Below, one piece after another: positions 1 through 13,299 of a DNA stretch of 64,000 bases (position 1 is its first letter; each line of letters opens with the position of its first letter). The position numbers and the translations under genes are program-made. Source of the DNA: Eledone cirrhosa (Eukaryota); assembly GCA_964016885.1 (NCBI GenBank), contig OZ024740.1, positions 28,644,001 through 28,708,000 of the forward strand. Reading direction: 5' to 3'. The notes beneath the pieces are model-generated. The model saw nothing but the letters and a program-made list of their open reading frames with translations, had not been told where the DNA came from and searched no databases.

Positions 1-3000
1 TATATGTGTCTACTGTGCTAACAGCTGTGTTATATATGTGTCGACAGTGTCAACAGCTGTGTTATATATGTGTCTACTGTGCTAACAGCTGTCTTATATA
101 TGTGTCTACTGTGCTAACGGCTGTCTTATATATGTGTCTACTGTGTTAACAGCTGTCTTATATATGCGTCTACTGTGTTAACAGCTGTCTTATATATGTG
201 TCTACTGTGTTAACAGCTGTCTTATATATGCGTCTACTGTGTTAACAGCTGTCTTATATATGTGTCTACTGTGTCAACATCTGTCTTATATATGCGTCTA
301 CTGTGTTAACAGCTGTCTTATATATGTGTCTACTGTGTTAACAGCCGTCTTATATATGCGTCTACTGTGTCAACAGCTGTCTTATATATGCGTCTACTGT
401 GTTAACTGCTGTGTTATATATGTGTCTACTGTGTTAACAGCTGTCTTATATATGTGTCTACTGTGTTAACAGCTGTCTTATATATGTGTCTACTGTGTTA
501 ACAGCTGTCTTAAATATGTGTCTACTGTGTTAACAGCTGTCTTATATATGTGTCTACTGTGTCAACAGCTGTCTTATATATGTGTCTACTGTGTTAACAG
601 CTGTCTTATATATGTGTCTACTGTGTTAACAGCTGTGTTATATATGTGTCTACTGTTTCAACAGCTGTCTTATATATGTGTCTACTGTGTTAACAGCTGT
701 CTTATATATGTGTCTACTGTGTTAACAGCTGTCTTACATATGTGTGTACTGTGTCAACAGCTGTGTTATATATGTGTCTACTGTGTTAACAGCTGTCTTA
801 TATATGTGTCTACTGTGTTAACAGCTGTCTTATATATGTGTCTTCTGTGTTAACAGCTGTGTTATATATGTGTCTACTGTGTTAACAGCTGTGTTATATA
901 TGTGTCTACTGTGTCAACAGCTGTGTTAGATATGTGTCTACTGTGTTAACAGCTGTCTTACATATGTGTGTACTGTGTCAACAGCTGTGTTATATATGTG
1001 TCTACTGTGTTAACAGCTGTCTTATATATGTGTCTACTGTGCTAACAGCCGTCTTATATATGTGTCTACTGTGTTAACAGATGTCTTATATATGTGTCTA
1101 CTGTGCTAACAGCTGTCTTATATATGTGTCTACTGTGTTTACAGATGTCTTATATATGTGTCTACTGTGTTAACAGCTGTGTTATATATGTGTCTACTGT
1201 GTCAACAGCTGTCTTATATATGTGTCTACTGTGTTAACAGCTGTGTTATATATGTGTGTACTGTGCTAACAGCTGTGTTATATATGTGTGTACTGTGTTA
1301 ACAGCTGTCTTATATATGTGTCTACTGTGCTAACAGCTGTCTTATATATGTGTCTACTGTGTTAACAGCTGTCTTATATATGTGTCTACTGTGTTAACAG
1401 CTGTGTTATATATGTGTCTACTGTGCTAACAGCTGTCTTATATATGTGTCTACTGTGCTAACAGCTGTGTTATATATGTGTCGACAGTGTCAACAGCTGT
1501 GTTATATATGTGTCTACTGTGCTAACAGCTGTCTTATATATGTGTCTACTGTGCTAACAGCTGTCTTATATATGTGTCTACTGTGTTAACAGCTGTCTTA
1601 TATATGCGTCTACTGTGTTAACAGCTGTCTTATATATGTGTCTACTGTGTTAACAGCTGTCTTATATATGCGTCTACTGTGTTAACAGCTGTCTTATATA
1701 TGTGTCTACTGTGTCAACATCTGTCTTATATATGCGTCTACTGTGTTAACAGCTGTCTTATATATGTGTCTACTGTGTTAACAGCCGTCTTATATATGCG
1801 TCTACTGTGTCAACAGCTGTCTTATATATGCGTCTACTGTGTTAACTGCTGTGTTATATATGTGTCTACTGTGTTAACAGCTGTCTTATATATGTGTCTA
1901 CTGTGTTAACAGCTGTCTTATATATGTGTCTACTGTGTTAACAGCTGTCTTAAATATGTGTCTACTGTGTTAACAGCTGTCTTATATATGTGTCTACTGT
2001 GTCAACAGCTGTCTTATATATGTGTCTACTGTGTTAACAGCTGTCTTATATATGTGTCTACTGTGTTAACAGCTGTGTTATATATGTGTCTACTGTTTCA
2101 ACAGCTGTCTTATATATGTGTCTACTGTGTTAACAGCTGTCTTATATATGTGTCTACTGTGTTAACAGCTGTCTTACATATGTGTGTACTGTGTCAACAG
2201 CTGTGTTATATATGTGTCTACTGTGTTAACAGCTGTCTTATATATGTGTCTACTGTGTTAACAGCTGTCTTATATATGTGTCTTCTGTGTTAACAGCTGT
2301 GTTATATATGTGTCTACTGTGTTAACAGCTGTGTTATATATGTGTCTACTGTGTCAACAGCTGTGTTAGATATGTGTCTACTGTGTTAACAGCTGTCTTA
2401 CATATGTGTGTACTGTGTCAACAGCTGTGTTATATATGTGTCTACTGTGTTAACAGCTGTCTTATATATGTGTCTACTGTGCTAACAGCCGTCTTATATA
2501 TGTGTCTACTGTGTTAACAGATGTTTATATATGTGTCTACTGTGCTAACAGCTGTCTTATATATGTGTCTACTGTGTTAACAGCTGTCTTATATATGTGT
2601 CTACTGTGCTAACAGCTGTGTTATATATGTGTCTACTGTGTTAACAGCTGTCTTATATATGTGTCTACTGTGTTAACAGCTGTGTTATATATGTGTCTAC
2701 TGTGCTAACAGCTGTCTTATATATGTGTCTACTGTGCTAACAGCTGTGTTATATATGTGTCGACAGTGTCAACAGCTGTGTTATATATGTGTCTACTGTG
2801 CTAACAGCTGTCTTATATATGTGTCTACTGTGCTAACGGCTGTCTTATATATGTGTCTACTGTGTTAACAGCTGTCTTATATATGCGTCTACTGTGTTAA
2901 CAGCTGTCTTATATATGTGTCTACTGTGTTAACAGCTGTCTTATATATGCGTCTACTGTGTTAACAGCTGTCTTATATATGTGTCTACTGTGTCAACATC

Positions 3001-6000
3001 TGTCTTATATATGCGTCTACTGTGTTAACAGCTGTCTTATATATGTGTCTACTGTGTTAACAGCCGTCTTATATATGCGTCTACTGTGTCAACAGCTGTC
3101 TTATATATGCGTCTACTGTGTTAACTGCTGTGTTATATATGTGTCTACTGTGTTAACAGCTGTCTTATATATGTGTCTACTGTGTTAACAGCTGTCTTAT
3201 ATATGTGTCTACTGTGTTAACAGCTGTCTTAAATATGTGTCTACTGTGTTAACAGCTGTCTTATATATGTGTCTACTGTGTCAACAGCTGTCTTATATAT
3301 GTGTCTACTGTGTTAACAGCTGTCTTATATATGTGTCTACTGTGTTAACAGCTGTGTTATATATGTGTCTACTGTTTCAACAGCTGTCTTATATATGTGT
3401 CTACTGTGTTAACAGCTGTCTTATATATGTGTCTACTGTGTTAACAGCTGTCTTACATATGTGTGTACTGTGTCAACAGCTGTGTTATATATGTGTCTAC
3501 TGTGTTAACAGCTGTCTTATATATGTGTCTACTGTGTTAACAGCTGTCTTATATATGTGTCTTCTGTGTTAACAGCTGTGTTATATATGTGTCTACTGTG
3601 TTAACAGCTGTGTTATATATGTGTCTACTGTGTCAACAGCTGTGTTAGATATGTGTCTACTGTGTTAACAGCTGTCTTACATATGTGTGTACTGTGTCAA
3701 CAGCTGTGTTATATATGTGTCTACTGTGTTAACAGCTGTCTTATATATGTGTCTACTGTGCTAACAGCCGTCTTATATATGTGTCTACTGTGTTAACAGA
3801 TGTTTATATATGTGTCTACTGTGCTAACAGCTGTCTTATATATGTGTCTACTGTGTTAACAGCTGTCTTATATATGTGTCTACTGTGCTAACAGCTGTGT
3901 TATATATGTGTCTACTGTGTTAACAGCTGTCTTATATATGTGTCTACTGTGTTAACAGCTGTCTTATATATGTGTCTACTGTGTTAACAGCTGTCTTATA
4001 TATGTGTCTACTGTGTCAACAGCTGTGTTATATATGTGTCTTCTGTGTCAACAGCTGTCTTATATATGCGTCTACTGTGTTAACTGCTGTGTTATATATG
4101 TGTCTACTGTGTTAACAGCTGTCTTATATATGCGTCTACTGTGTTAACAGCTGTCTTATATATGTGTCTACTGTGTTAACAGCTGTCTTATATATGCGTC
4201 TACTGTGTTAACAGCTGTCTTATATATGTGTCTACTGTGTCAACATCTGTCTCATATATGCGTCTACTGTGTTAACAGCTGTCTTATATATGTGTCTACT
4301 GTGTTAACAGCTGTGTTATATATGTGTCTACTGTGTTAACAGCTGTCTTACATATGTGTGTACTGTGTCAACAGCTGTGTTATATATGTGTCTACTGTGT
4401 TAACAGCTGTGTTATATATGTGTCTACTGTGCTAACAGCTGTCTTATATATGTGTCTACTGTGTTAACAGATGTCTTATATATGTGTCTACTGTGCTAAC
4501 AGCTGTCTTATATATGTGTCTACTGTGTTAACAGATGTCTTATATATGTGTCTACTGTGTTAACAGCTGTGTTATATATGTGTCTACTGTGTCAACAGCT
4601 GTCTTATATATGTGTCTACTGTGTTAACAGCTGTGTTATATATGTGTGTACTGTGGCAACAGCTGTGTTATATATGTGTCTACTGTGTTAACAGCTGTCT
4701 TATATATGTGTCTACTGTGTCAACAGCTGTGTTATATATGTGTCTACTGTGTTAACAGCTGTCTTAAATATGTGTCTACTGTGTTAACAGCTGTCTTATA
4801 TATGTGACTACTGTGTTAACAGCTGGGTTATATATGTGTCTACTGTGTTAACAGCTGTCTTATATATGTGTCTACTGTGTTAACAGCTGTGTTATATATG
4901 TGTCTACTGTGTCAACAGCTGTCTTATATATGTGTCTACTGTGCTAACAGCTGTGTTATATATGTGTCTACAGTGTCAACAGCTGTCTTATATATGTCTC
5001 TACTGTGTTAACAGCTGTCTTATATAGGTCTCTACTGTGCTAACAGCTGTCTTATATATGTGTCTACAGTGTTAACAGCTGTCTTATATATGTGTCTACT
5101 GTGTCAACAGCTGTGTTATATATGTGTCTACTGTGTCAACAGCTGTCTTATATATGTGTCTACTGTGCTAACAGCTGTCTTATATATGTGTCTACTGTGC
5201 TAACAGCTGTCTTATATATGTGTCTACAGTGTCAACAGCTGTCTTATATATGTGTCTACTGTGTTAACAGCTGTCTTATATATGTCTCTACTGTGCTAAC
5301 AGCTGTCTTATATATGTGTCTACTGTGTTAACAGCTGTCTTATATATGTGTCTACTGTGTCAACAGCTGTCTTATATATGTGTCTACTGTGCTATCAGCT
5401 GTGTTATATATGTGTCTACTGTGTCAACAGCTGTGTTATATATGTGTCTACTGTGATAACAGCTGTCTTATATATGTGTCTACTGTGCTAACAGCTGTGT
5501 TATATATGTGTCTACTGTGTTAACAGCTGTCTTATATATGTGTCTACTGTGTTAACAACTGTCTTATATATGTGTCTACTGTGTTAACAGCTGTCTTATA
5601 TATGTGTCTACTGTGTCAACAGCTGTGTTATATATGTGTCTTCTGTGTCAACAGCTGTCTTATATATGCGTCTACTGTGTTAACTGCTGTGTTATATATG
5701 TGTCTACTGTGTTAACAGCTGTCTTATATATGTGTCTACTGTGTTAACAGCTGTCTTATACATGTGTCTACTGTGTCAACAGCTGTGTTATACATGTGTC
5801 TACTGTGTTAAAGCTGTCTTATATATGTGTCTACTGTGTCAACAGCTGTCTTATATATGTGTCTACTGTGTTAACAGCTGTCTTATATATGTGTCTACTG
5901 TGCTAACAGCTGTCTTATATATGTGTCTACTGTGTTAACAGCTGTCTTATATATGCGTCTACTGTGTTAACAGCTGTCTTATATATGTGTCTACTGTGTT

Positions 6001-8780
6001 AACAGCTGTCTTATATATGCGTCTACTGTGTTAACAGCTGTCTTATATATGTGTCTACTGTGTCAACATCTGTCTTATATATGCGTCTACTGTGTTAACA
6101 GCTGTCTTATATATGTGTCTACTGTGTTAACAGCTGTCTTATATATGCGTCTACTGTGTCAACAGCTGTCTTATATATGCGTCTACTGTGTTAACTGCTG
6201 TGTTATATATGTGTCTACTGTGTTAACAGCTGTCTTATATATGTGTCTACTGTGTTAACAGCTGTCTTATATATGTGTCTACTGTGTTAACAGCTGTCTT
6301 AAATATGTGTCTACTGTGTTAACAGCTGTCTTATATATGTGTCTACTGTGTCAACAGCTGTCTTATATATGTGTCTACTGTGTTAACAGCTGTCTTATAT
6401 ATGTGTCTACTGTGTTAACAGCTGTGTTATATATGTGTCTACTGTTTCAACAGCTGTCTTATATATGTGTCTACTGTGTTAACAGCTGTCTTATATATGT
6501 GTCTACTGTGTTAACAGCTGTCTTACATATGTGTGTACTGTGTCAACAGCTGTGTTATATATGTGTCTACTGTGTTAACAGCTGTCTTATATATGTGTCT
6601 ACTGTGTTAACAGCTGTCTTATATATGTGTCTTCTGTGTTAACAGCTGTGTTATATATGTGTCTACTGTGTTAACAGCTGTGTTATATATGTGTCTACTG
6701 TGTCAACAGCTGTGTTAGATATGTGTCTACTGTGTTAACAGCTGTCTTACATATGTGTGTACTGTGTCAACAGCTGTGTTATATATGTGTCTACTGTGTT
6801 AACAGCTGTCTTATATATGTGTCTACTGTGCTAACAGCCGTCTTATATATGTGTCTACTGTGTTAACAGATGTCTTATATATGTGTCTACTGTGCTAACA
6901 GCTGTCTTATATATGTGTCTACTGTGTTAACAGATGTCTTATATATGTGTCTACTGTGTTAACAGCTGTGTTATATATGTGTCTACTGTGTCAACAGCTG
7001 TCTTATATATGTGTCTACTGTGTTAACAGCTGTGTTATATATGTGTGTACTGTGCTAACAGCTGTGTTATATATGTGTGTACTGTGTTAACAGCTGTCTT
7101 ATATATGTGTCTACTGTGCTAACAGCTGTCTTATATATGTGTCTACTGTGTTAACAGCTGTCTTATATATGTGTCTACTGTGTTAACAGCTGTGTTATAT
7201 ATGTGTCTACTGTGCTAACAGCTGTCTTATATATGTGTCTACTGTGCTAACAGCTGTGTTATATATGTGTCGACAGTGTCAACAGCTGTGTTATATATGT
7301 GTCTACTGTGCTAACAGCTGTCTTATATATGTGTCTACTGTGCTAACAGCTGTCTTATATATGTGTCTACTGTGTTAACAGCTGTCTTATATATGCGTCT
7401 ACTGTGTTAACAGCTGTCTTATATATGTGTCTACTGTGTTAACAGCTGTCTTATATATGCGTCTACTGTGTTAACAGCTGTCTTATATATGTGTCTACTG
7501 TGTCAACATCTGTCTTATATATGCGTCTACTGTGTTAACAGCTGTCTTATATATGTGTCTACTGTGTTAACAGCCGTCTTATATATGCGTCTACTGTGTC
7601 AACAGCTGTCTTATATATGCGTCTACTGTGTTAACTGCTGTGTTATATATGTGTCTACTGTGTTAACAGCTGTCTTATATATGTGTCTACTGTGTTAACA
7701 GCTGTCTTATATATGTGTCTACTGTGTTAACAGCTGTCTTAAATATGTGTCTACTGTGTTAACAGCTGTCTTATATATGTGTCTACTGTGTCAACAGCTG
7801 TCTTATATATGTGTCTACTGTGTTAACAGCTGTCTTATATATGTGTCTACTGTGTTAACAGCTGTGTTATATATGTGTCTACTGTTTCAACAGCTGTCTT
7901 ATATATGTGTCTACTGTGTTAACAGCTGTCTTATATATGTGTCTACTGTGTTAACAGCTGTCTTACATATGTGTGTACTGTGTCAACAGCTGTGTTATAT
8001 ATGTGTCTACTGTGTTAACAGCTGTCTTATATATGTGTCTACTGTGTTAACAGCTGTCTTATATATGTGTCTTCTGTGTTAACAGCTGTGTTATATATGT
8101 GTCTACTGTGTTAACAGCTGTGTTATATATGTGTCTACTGTGTCAACAGCTGTGTTAGATATGTGTCTACTGTGTTAACAGCTGTCTTACATATGTGTGT
8201 ACTGTGTCAACAGCTGTGTTATATATGTGTCTACTGTGTTAACAGCTGTCTTATATATGTGTCTACTGTGCTAACAGCCGTCTTATATATGTGTCTACTG
8301 TGTTAACAGATGTCTTATATATGTGTCTACTGTGCTAACAGCTGTCTTATATATGTGTCTACTGTGTTAACAGATGTCTTATATATGTGTCTACTGTGTT
8401 AACAGCTGTGTTATATATGTGTCTACTGTGTCAACAGCTGTCTTATATATGTGTCTACTGTGTTAACAGCTGTGTTATATATGTGTGTACTGTGCTAACA
8501 GCTGTGTTATATATGTGTGTACTGTGTTAACAGCTGTCTTATATATGTGTCTACTGTGCTAACAGCTGTCTTATATATGTGTCTACTGTGTTAACAGCTG
8601 TCTTATATATGTGTCTACTGTGTTAACAGCTGTGTTATATATGTGTCTACTGTGCTAACAGCTGTCTTATATATGTGTCTACTGTGCTAACAGCTGTGTT
8701 ATATATGTGTCGACAGTGTCAACAGCTGTGTTATATATGTGTCTACTGTGCTAACAGCTGTCTTATATATGTGTCTACTG
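1..8780. repeat. Higher-order repeat domain A: 45-monomer (1440 bp) and 40-monomer (1279 bp) units
   Basis: Rare GTCGAC variant at 40, 1480, 2759, 7269 and 8709. Identical ORF pairs start at 239/518, 1679/1958, 2958/3237, 6028/6307 and 7468/7747. Shared markers include CAACATCT, CAGCCGT, CTGTTTCA and GTTAGAT. A different variant string lies at about 3.9-5.9 kb. Confidence 0.9.
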
Positions 8781-11700
8781 TGCTAACAGCTGTGTTATAT
8801 ATGTGTCTACTGTGTCAACAGCTGTCTTATATATGTGTCTACTGTGCTAACAGCTGTGTTATATATGTGTCTACAGTGTCAACAGCTGTCTTATATATGT
8901 CTCTACTGTGTTAACAGCTGTCTTATATATGTCTCTACTGTGCTAACCGCTGTCTTATATATGTGTCTACAGTGTTAACAGCTGTCTTATATATGTGTCT
9001 ACTGTGTCAACAGCTGTCTTATATATGTGTCTACTGTGCTAACAGCTGTCTTATATATGTGTCTACTGTGCTAACAGCTGTCTTATATATGTGTCTACTG
9101 TGTTAACAGCTGTCTTATATATGTCTCTACTGTGCTAACAGCTGTCTTATATATGTGTCTACGGTGTTAACAGCTGTCTTATATATGTGTCTACTGTGTC
9201 AACAGCTGTCTTATATATGTGTCTACTGTGCTAACAGCTGTGTTATATATGTGTCTACTGTGTCAACAGCTGTGTTATATATGTGTCTACTGTGTTAACA
9301 GCTGTCTTATATATGTGTCTACTGTGCTAACAGCTGTGTTATATATGTGTCTACTGTGTTAAGAGCTGTCTTATATATGTGTCTACTGTGCTAACAGCTG
9401 TCTTATATATGTGTCTACTGTGTTAACAGCTGTCTTATATATGTGTCTACTGTGTTAACAGCTGTCTTATATATGTGTCTACTGTGTCAACAGCTGTGTT
9501 ATATATGTGTCTTCTGTGTTAACAGCTGTCTTATATATGCGTCTACTGTGTTAACTGCTGTGTTATATATGTGTCTACTGTGTTAACAGCTGTCTTATAT
9601 ATGTGTCTACTGTGTTAACAGCTGTCTTATACATGTGTCTACTGTGTCAACAGCTGTGTTATATATGTGTCTACTGTGTTAACAGCTGTCTTATATATGT
9701 GTCTACTGTGTCAACAGCTGTCTTATATATGTGTCTACTGTGTTAACAGCTGTCTTATATATGTGTCTACTGTGCTAACAGCTGTCTTATATATGCGTCT
9801 ACTGTGTTAACAGCTGTCTTATATATGTGTCTACTGTGTTAACAGCTGTCTTATATATGCGTCTACTGTGTTAACAGCTGTCTTATATATGCGTCTACTG
9901 TGTCAACAGCTGTCTTATATATGCGTCTACTGTGTTAACAGCTGTCTTATATATGTGTCTACTGTGTTAACAGTTGTCTTACATATGTGTGTACTGTGTC
10001 AACAGCTGTGTTATATATGTGTCTACTGTGTTAACAGCTGTCTTATATATGTGTCTACTGTGTTAACATCTGTCTTATATATGTGTCTTCTGTGTTAACA
10101 GCTGTCTTATATATGTGTCTACTGTGTTAACAGCTGTCTTATATATGTGTCTACTGTGTTAACAGCTGTCTTACATATGTGTGTACTGTGTCAACAGCTG
10201 TGTTATATATGTGTCTACTGTGTTAACAGCTGTCTTATATATGTGTCTACTGTGTTAACAGCTGTCTTATATATGTTTCTTCTGTGTTAACAGCTGTCTT
10301 ATATATGTGTCTACTGTGTTAACAGCTGTGTTATATATGTGTCTACTGTGTCAACAGCTGTGTTATATATGTGTCTACTGTGTTAACAGCTGTCTTACAT
10401 ATGTGTGTACTGTGTCAACAGCTGTGTTATATATGTGTCTACTGTGTTAACAGCTGTCTTATATATGTGTCTACTGTGCTAACAGCTGTCTTATATATGT
10501 GTCTACTGTGTTAACAGATGTCTTATATATGTGTCTACTGTGCTAACAGCTGTCTTATATATGTGTCTACTGTGTTAACAGATGTCTTATATATGTGTCT
10601 ACTGTGTTAACAGCTGTGTTATATATGTGTCTACTGTGTCAACAGCTGTCTTATATATGTGTCTACTGTGTTAACAGCTGTGTTATATATGTGTGTACTG
10701 TGCTAACAGCTGTGTTATATATGTGTCTACTGTGTTAACAGCTGTCTTATATATGTCCCTACTGTGTTAACAGCTGTCTTATATATGTGTCTTCTGTGTT
10801 AACAGCTGTCTTATATATGTGTCTACTGTGTTAACAGCTGTCTTATATATGTGTCTACTGTGTTAACAGCTGTCTTATATATGTGTCTTCTGTGTTAACA
10901 GCTGTGTTATATATGTGTCTACTGTGTTAACAGCTGTGTTATATATGTGTCTACTGTGTTAACAGCTGTCTTATATATGTGTCTACTGTGTCAACAGCTG
11001 TCTTATATATGCGTCTACTGTGTCAACAGCTGTCTTATATATGCGTCTACTGTGTTAACAGCTGTCTTATATATGTGTCTACTGTGTTAACAGCTGTCTT
11101 ATATATGCGTCTACTGTGTCAACAGCTGTCTTATATATGTGACTACTGTGTTAACAGCTGTCTTATATATGTGTCTACTGTGTTAACAGCTGTCTTATAT
11201 ATGTGTCTACTGTGTAAACAGCTGTCTTATATATGTGTCTACTGTGCTAACAGCTGTCTTATATATGTGTCTACTGTGCTAACAGCTGTCTTATATATGT
11301 GTCTACAGTGTCAACAGCTGTCTTATATATGTGTCTACTGTGTTAACAGCTGTCTTATATATGTGTCTACTGTGTTAACAGCTGTCTTATATATGTGTCT
11401 ACTGTGCTAACAGCTGTCTTATATATGTGTCTACTGTGTTAACAGCTGTCTTATATATGCGTCTACTGTGTTAACAGCTGTCTTATATATGTGTCTACTG
11501 TGTTAACAGCTGTCTTATATATGCGTCTACTGTGTTAACAGCTGTCTTATATATGTGTCTACTGTGTCAACATCTGTCTTATATATGCGTCTACTGTGTT
11601 AACAGCTGTCTTATATATGTGTCTACTGTGTTAACAGATGTCTTATATATGTGTCTACTGTGTTAACAGCTGTCTTAAATATGTGTCTACTGTGTTAACA

Positions 11701-13299
11701 GCTGTCTTATATATGTGTCTACTGTGCTAACAGCTGTCTTATATATGTGTCTACTGTGTTAACAGCTGTCTTATATATGCGTCTACTGTGTTAACAGCTG
11801 TCTTATATATGTGTCTACTGTGTTAACAGCTGTCTTATATATGCGTCTACTGTGTCAACAGCTGTCTTATATATGCGTCTACTGTGTTAACTGCTGTGTT
11901 ATATATGTGTCTACTGTGTTAACAGCTGTCTTATATATGTGTCTACTGTGTTAACAGATGTCTTATATATGTGTCTACTGTGTTAACAGCTGTCTTAAAT
12001 ATGTGTCTACTGTGTTAACAGCTGTCTTATATATGTGTCTACTGTGTCAACAGCTGTCTTATATATGTGTCTACTGTGTTAACAGCTGTCTTATATATGT
12101 GTCTACTGTGTTAATAGCTGTGTTATATATGTGTCTACTGTTTCAACAGCTGTCTTATATATGTGTCTACTGTGTAACAGCTGTCTTATATATGTGTCTA
12201 CTGTGTTAACAGCTGTCTTACATATGTGTGTACTGTGTCAACAGCTGTGTTATATATGTGTCTACTGTGTTAACAGCTGTCTTATATATGTGTCTACTGT
12301 GTTAACAGCTGTCTTATATATGTGTCTTCTGTGTGAACAGCTGTCTTATATATGTGTCTACTGTGTTAACAGATGTCTTATATATGTGTCTACTGTGCTA
12401 ACAGCTGTCTTATATATGTGTCTACTGTGTTAACAGATGTCTTATATATGTGTCTACTGTGTTAACAGCTGTGTTATATATGTGTCTACTGTGTCAACAG
12501 CTGTCTTATATATGTGTCTACTGTGTTAACAGCTGTGTTATATATGTGTGTACTGTGCTAACAGCTGTGTTATATATGTGTCTACTGTGTTAACAGCTGT
12601 CTTATATATGTCTCTACTGTGTTAACAGCTGTCTTATATATGTGTCTTCTGTGTTAACAGCTGTCTTATATATGTCTCTACTGTGCTAACAGCTGTCTTA
12701 TATATGTGTCTACTGTGTTAACAGCTGTCTTATATATGTGTCTACTGTGCTAACAGCTGTCTTCTATATGTGTCTACTGTGTTAACAGCTGTCTTATATA
12801 TGTGTCTACTGTGTTAACAGCTGTCTTAAATATGTGTCTACTGTGTTAACAGCTGTCTTATATATGTGTCTACTGTGTCAACAGCTGACTTATATATGTG
12901 TCTACTGTGTTAACAGCTGTCTTATATATGTGTCTACTGTGATAACAGCTGTGTTATATATGTGTCTACTGTTTCAACAGCTGTCTTATATATGTGTCTA
13001 CTGTGTTAACAGCTGTCTTATATATGTCTCTACTGTGTTAACAGCTGTCTTACATATGTGTGTACTGTGTCAACAGCTGTGTTATATATGTGTCTACTGT
13101 GTTAACAGCTGTCTTATATATGTGCCTACTGTGTTAACAGCTGTCTTACATATGTGTCTTCTGTGTGAACAGCTGTCTTATATATGTGTCTACTGTGTTA
13201 ACAGCTGTGTTATATATGTGTCTACTGTGTCAACAGCTGTGTTAGATATGTGTCTACTGTGTTAACAGCTGTCTTACATATGTGTGTACTGTGTCAACA

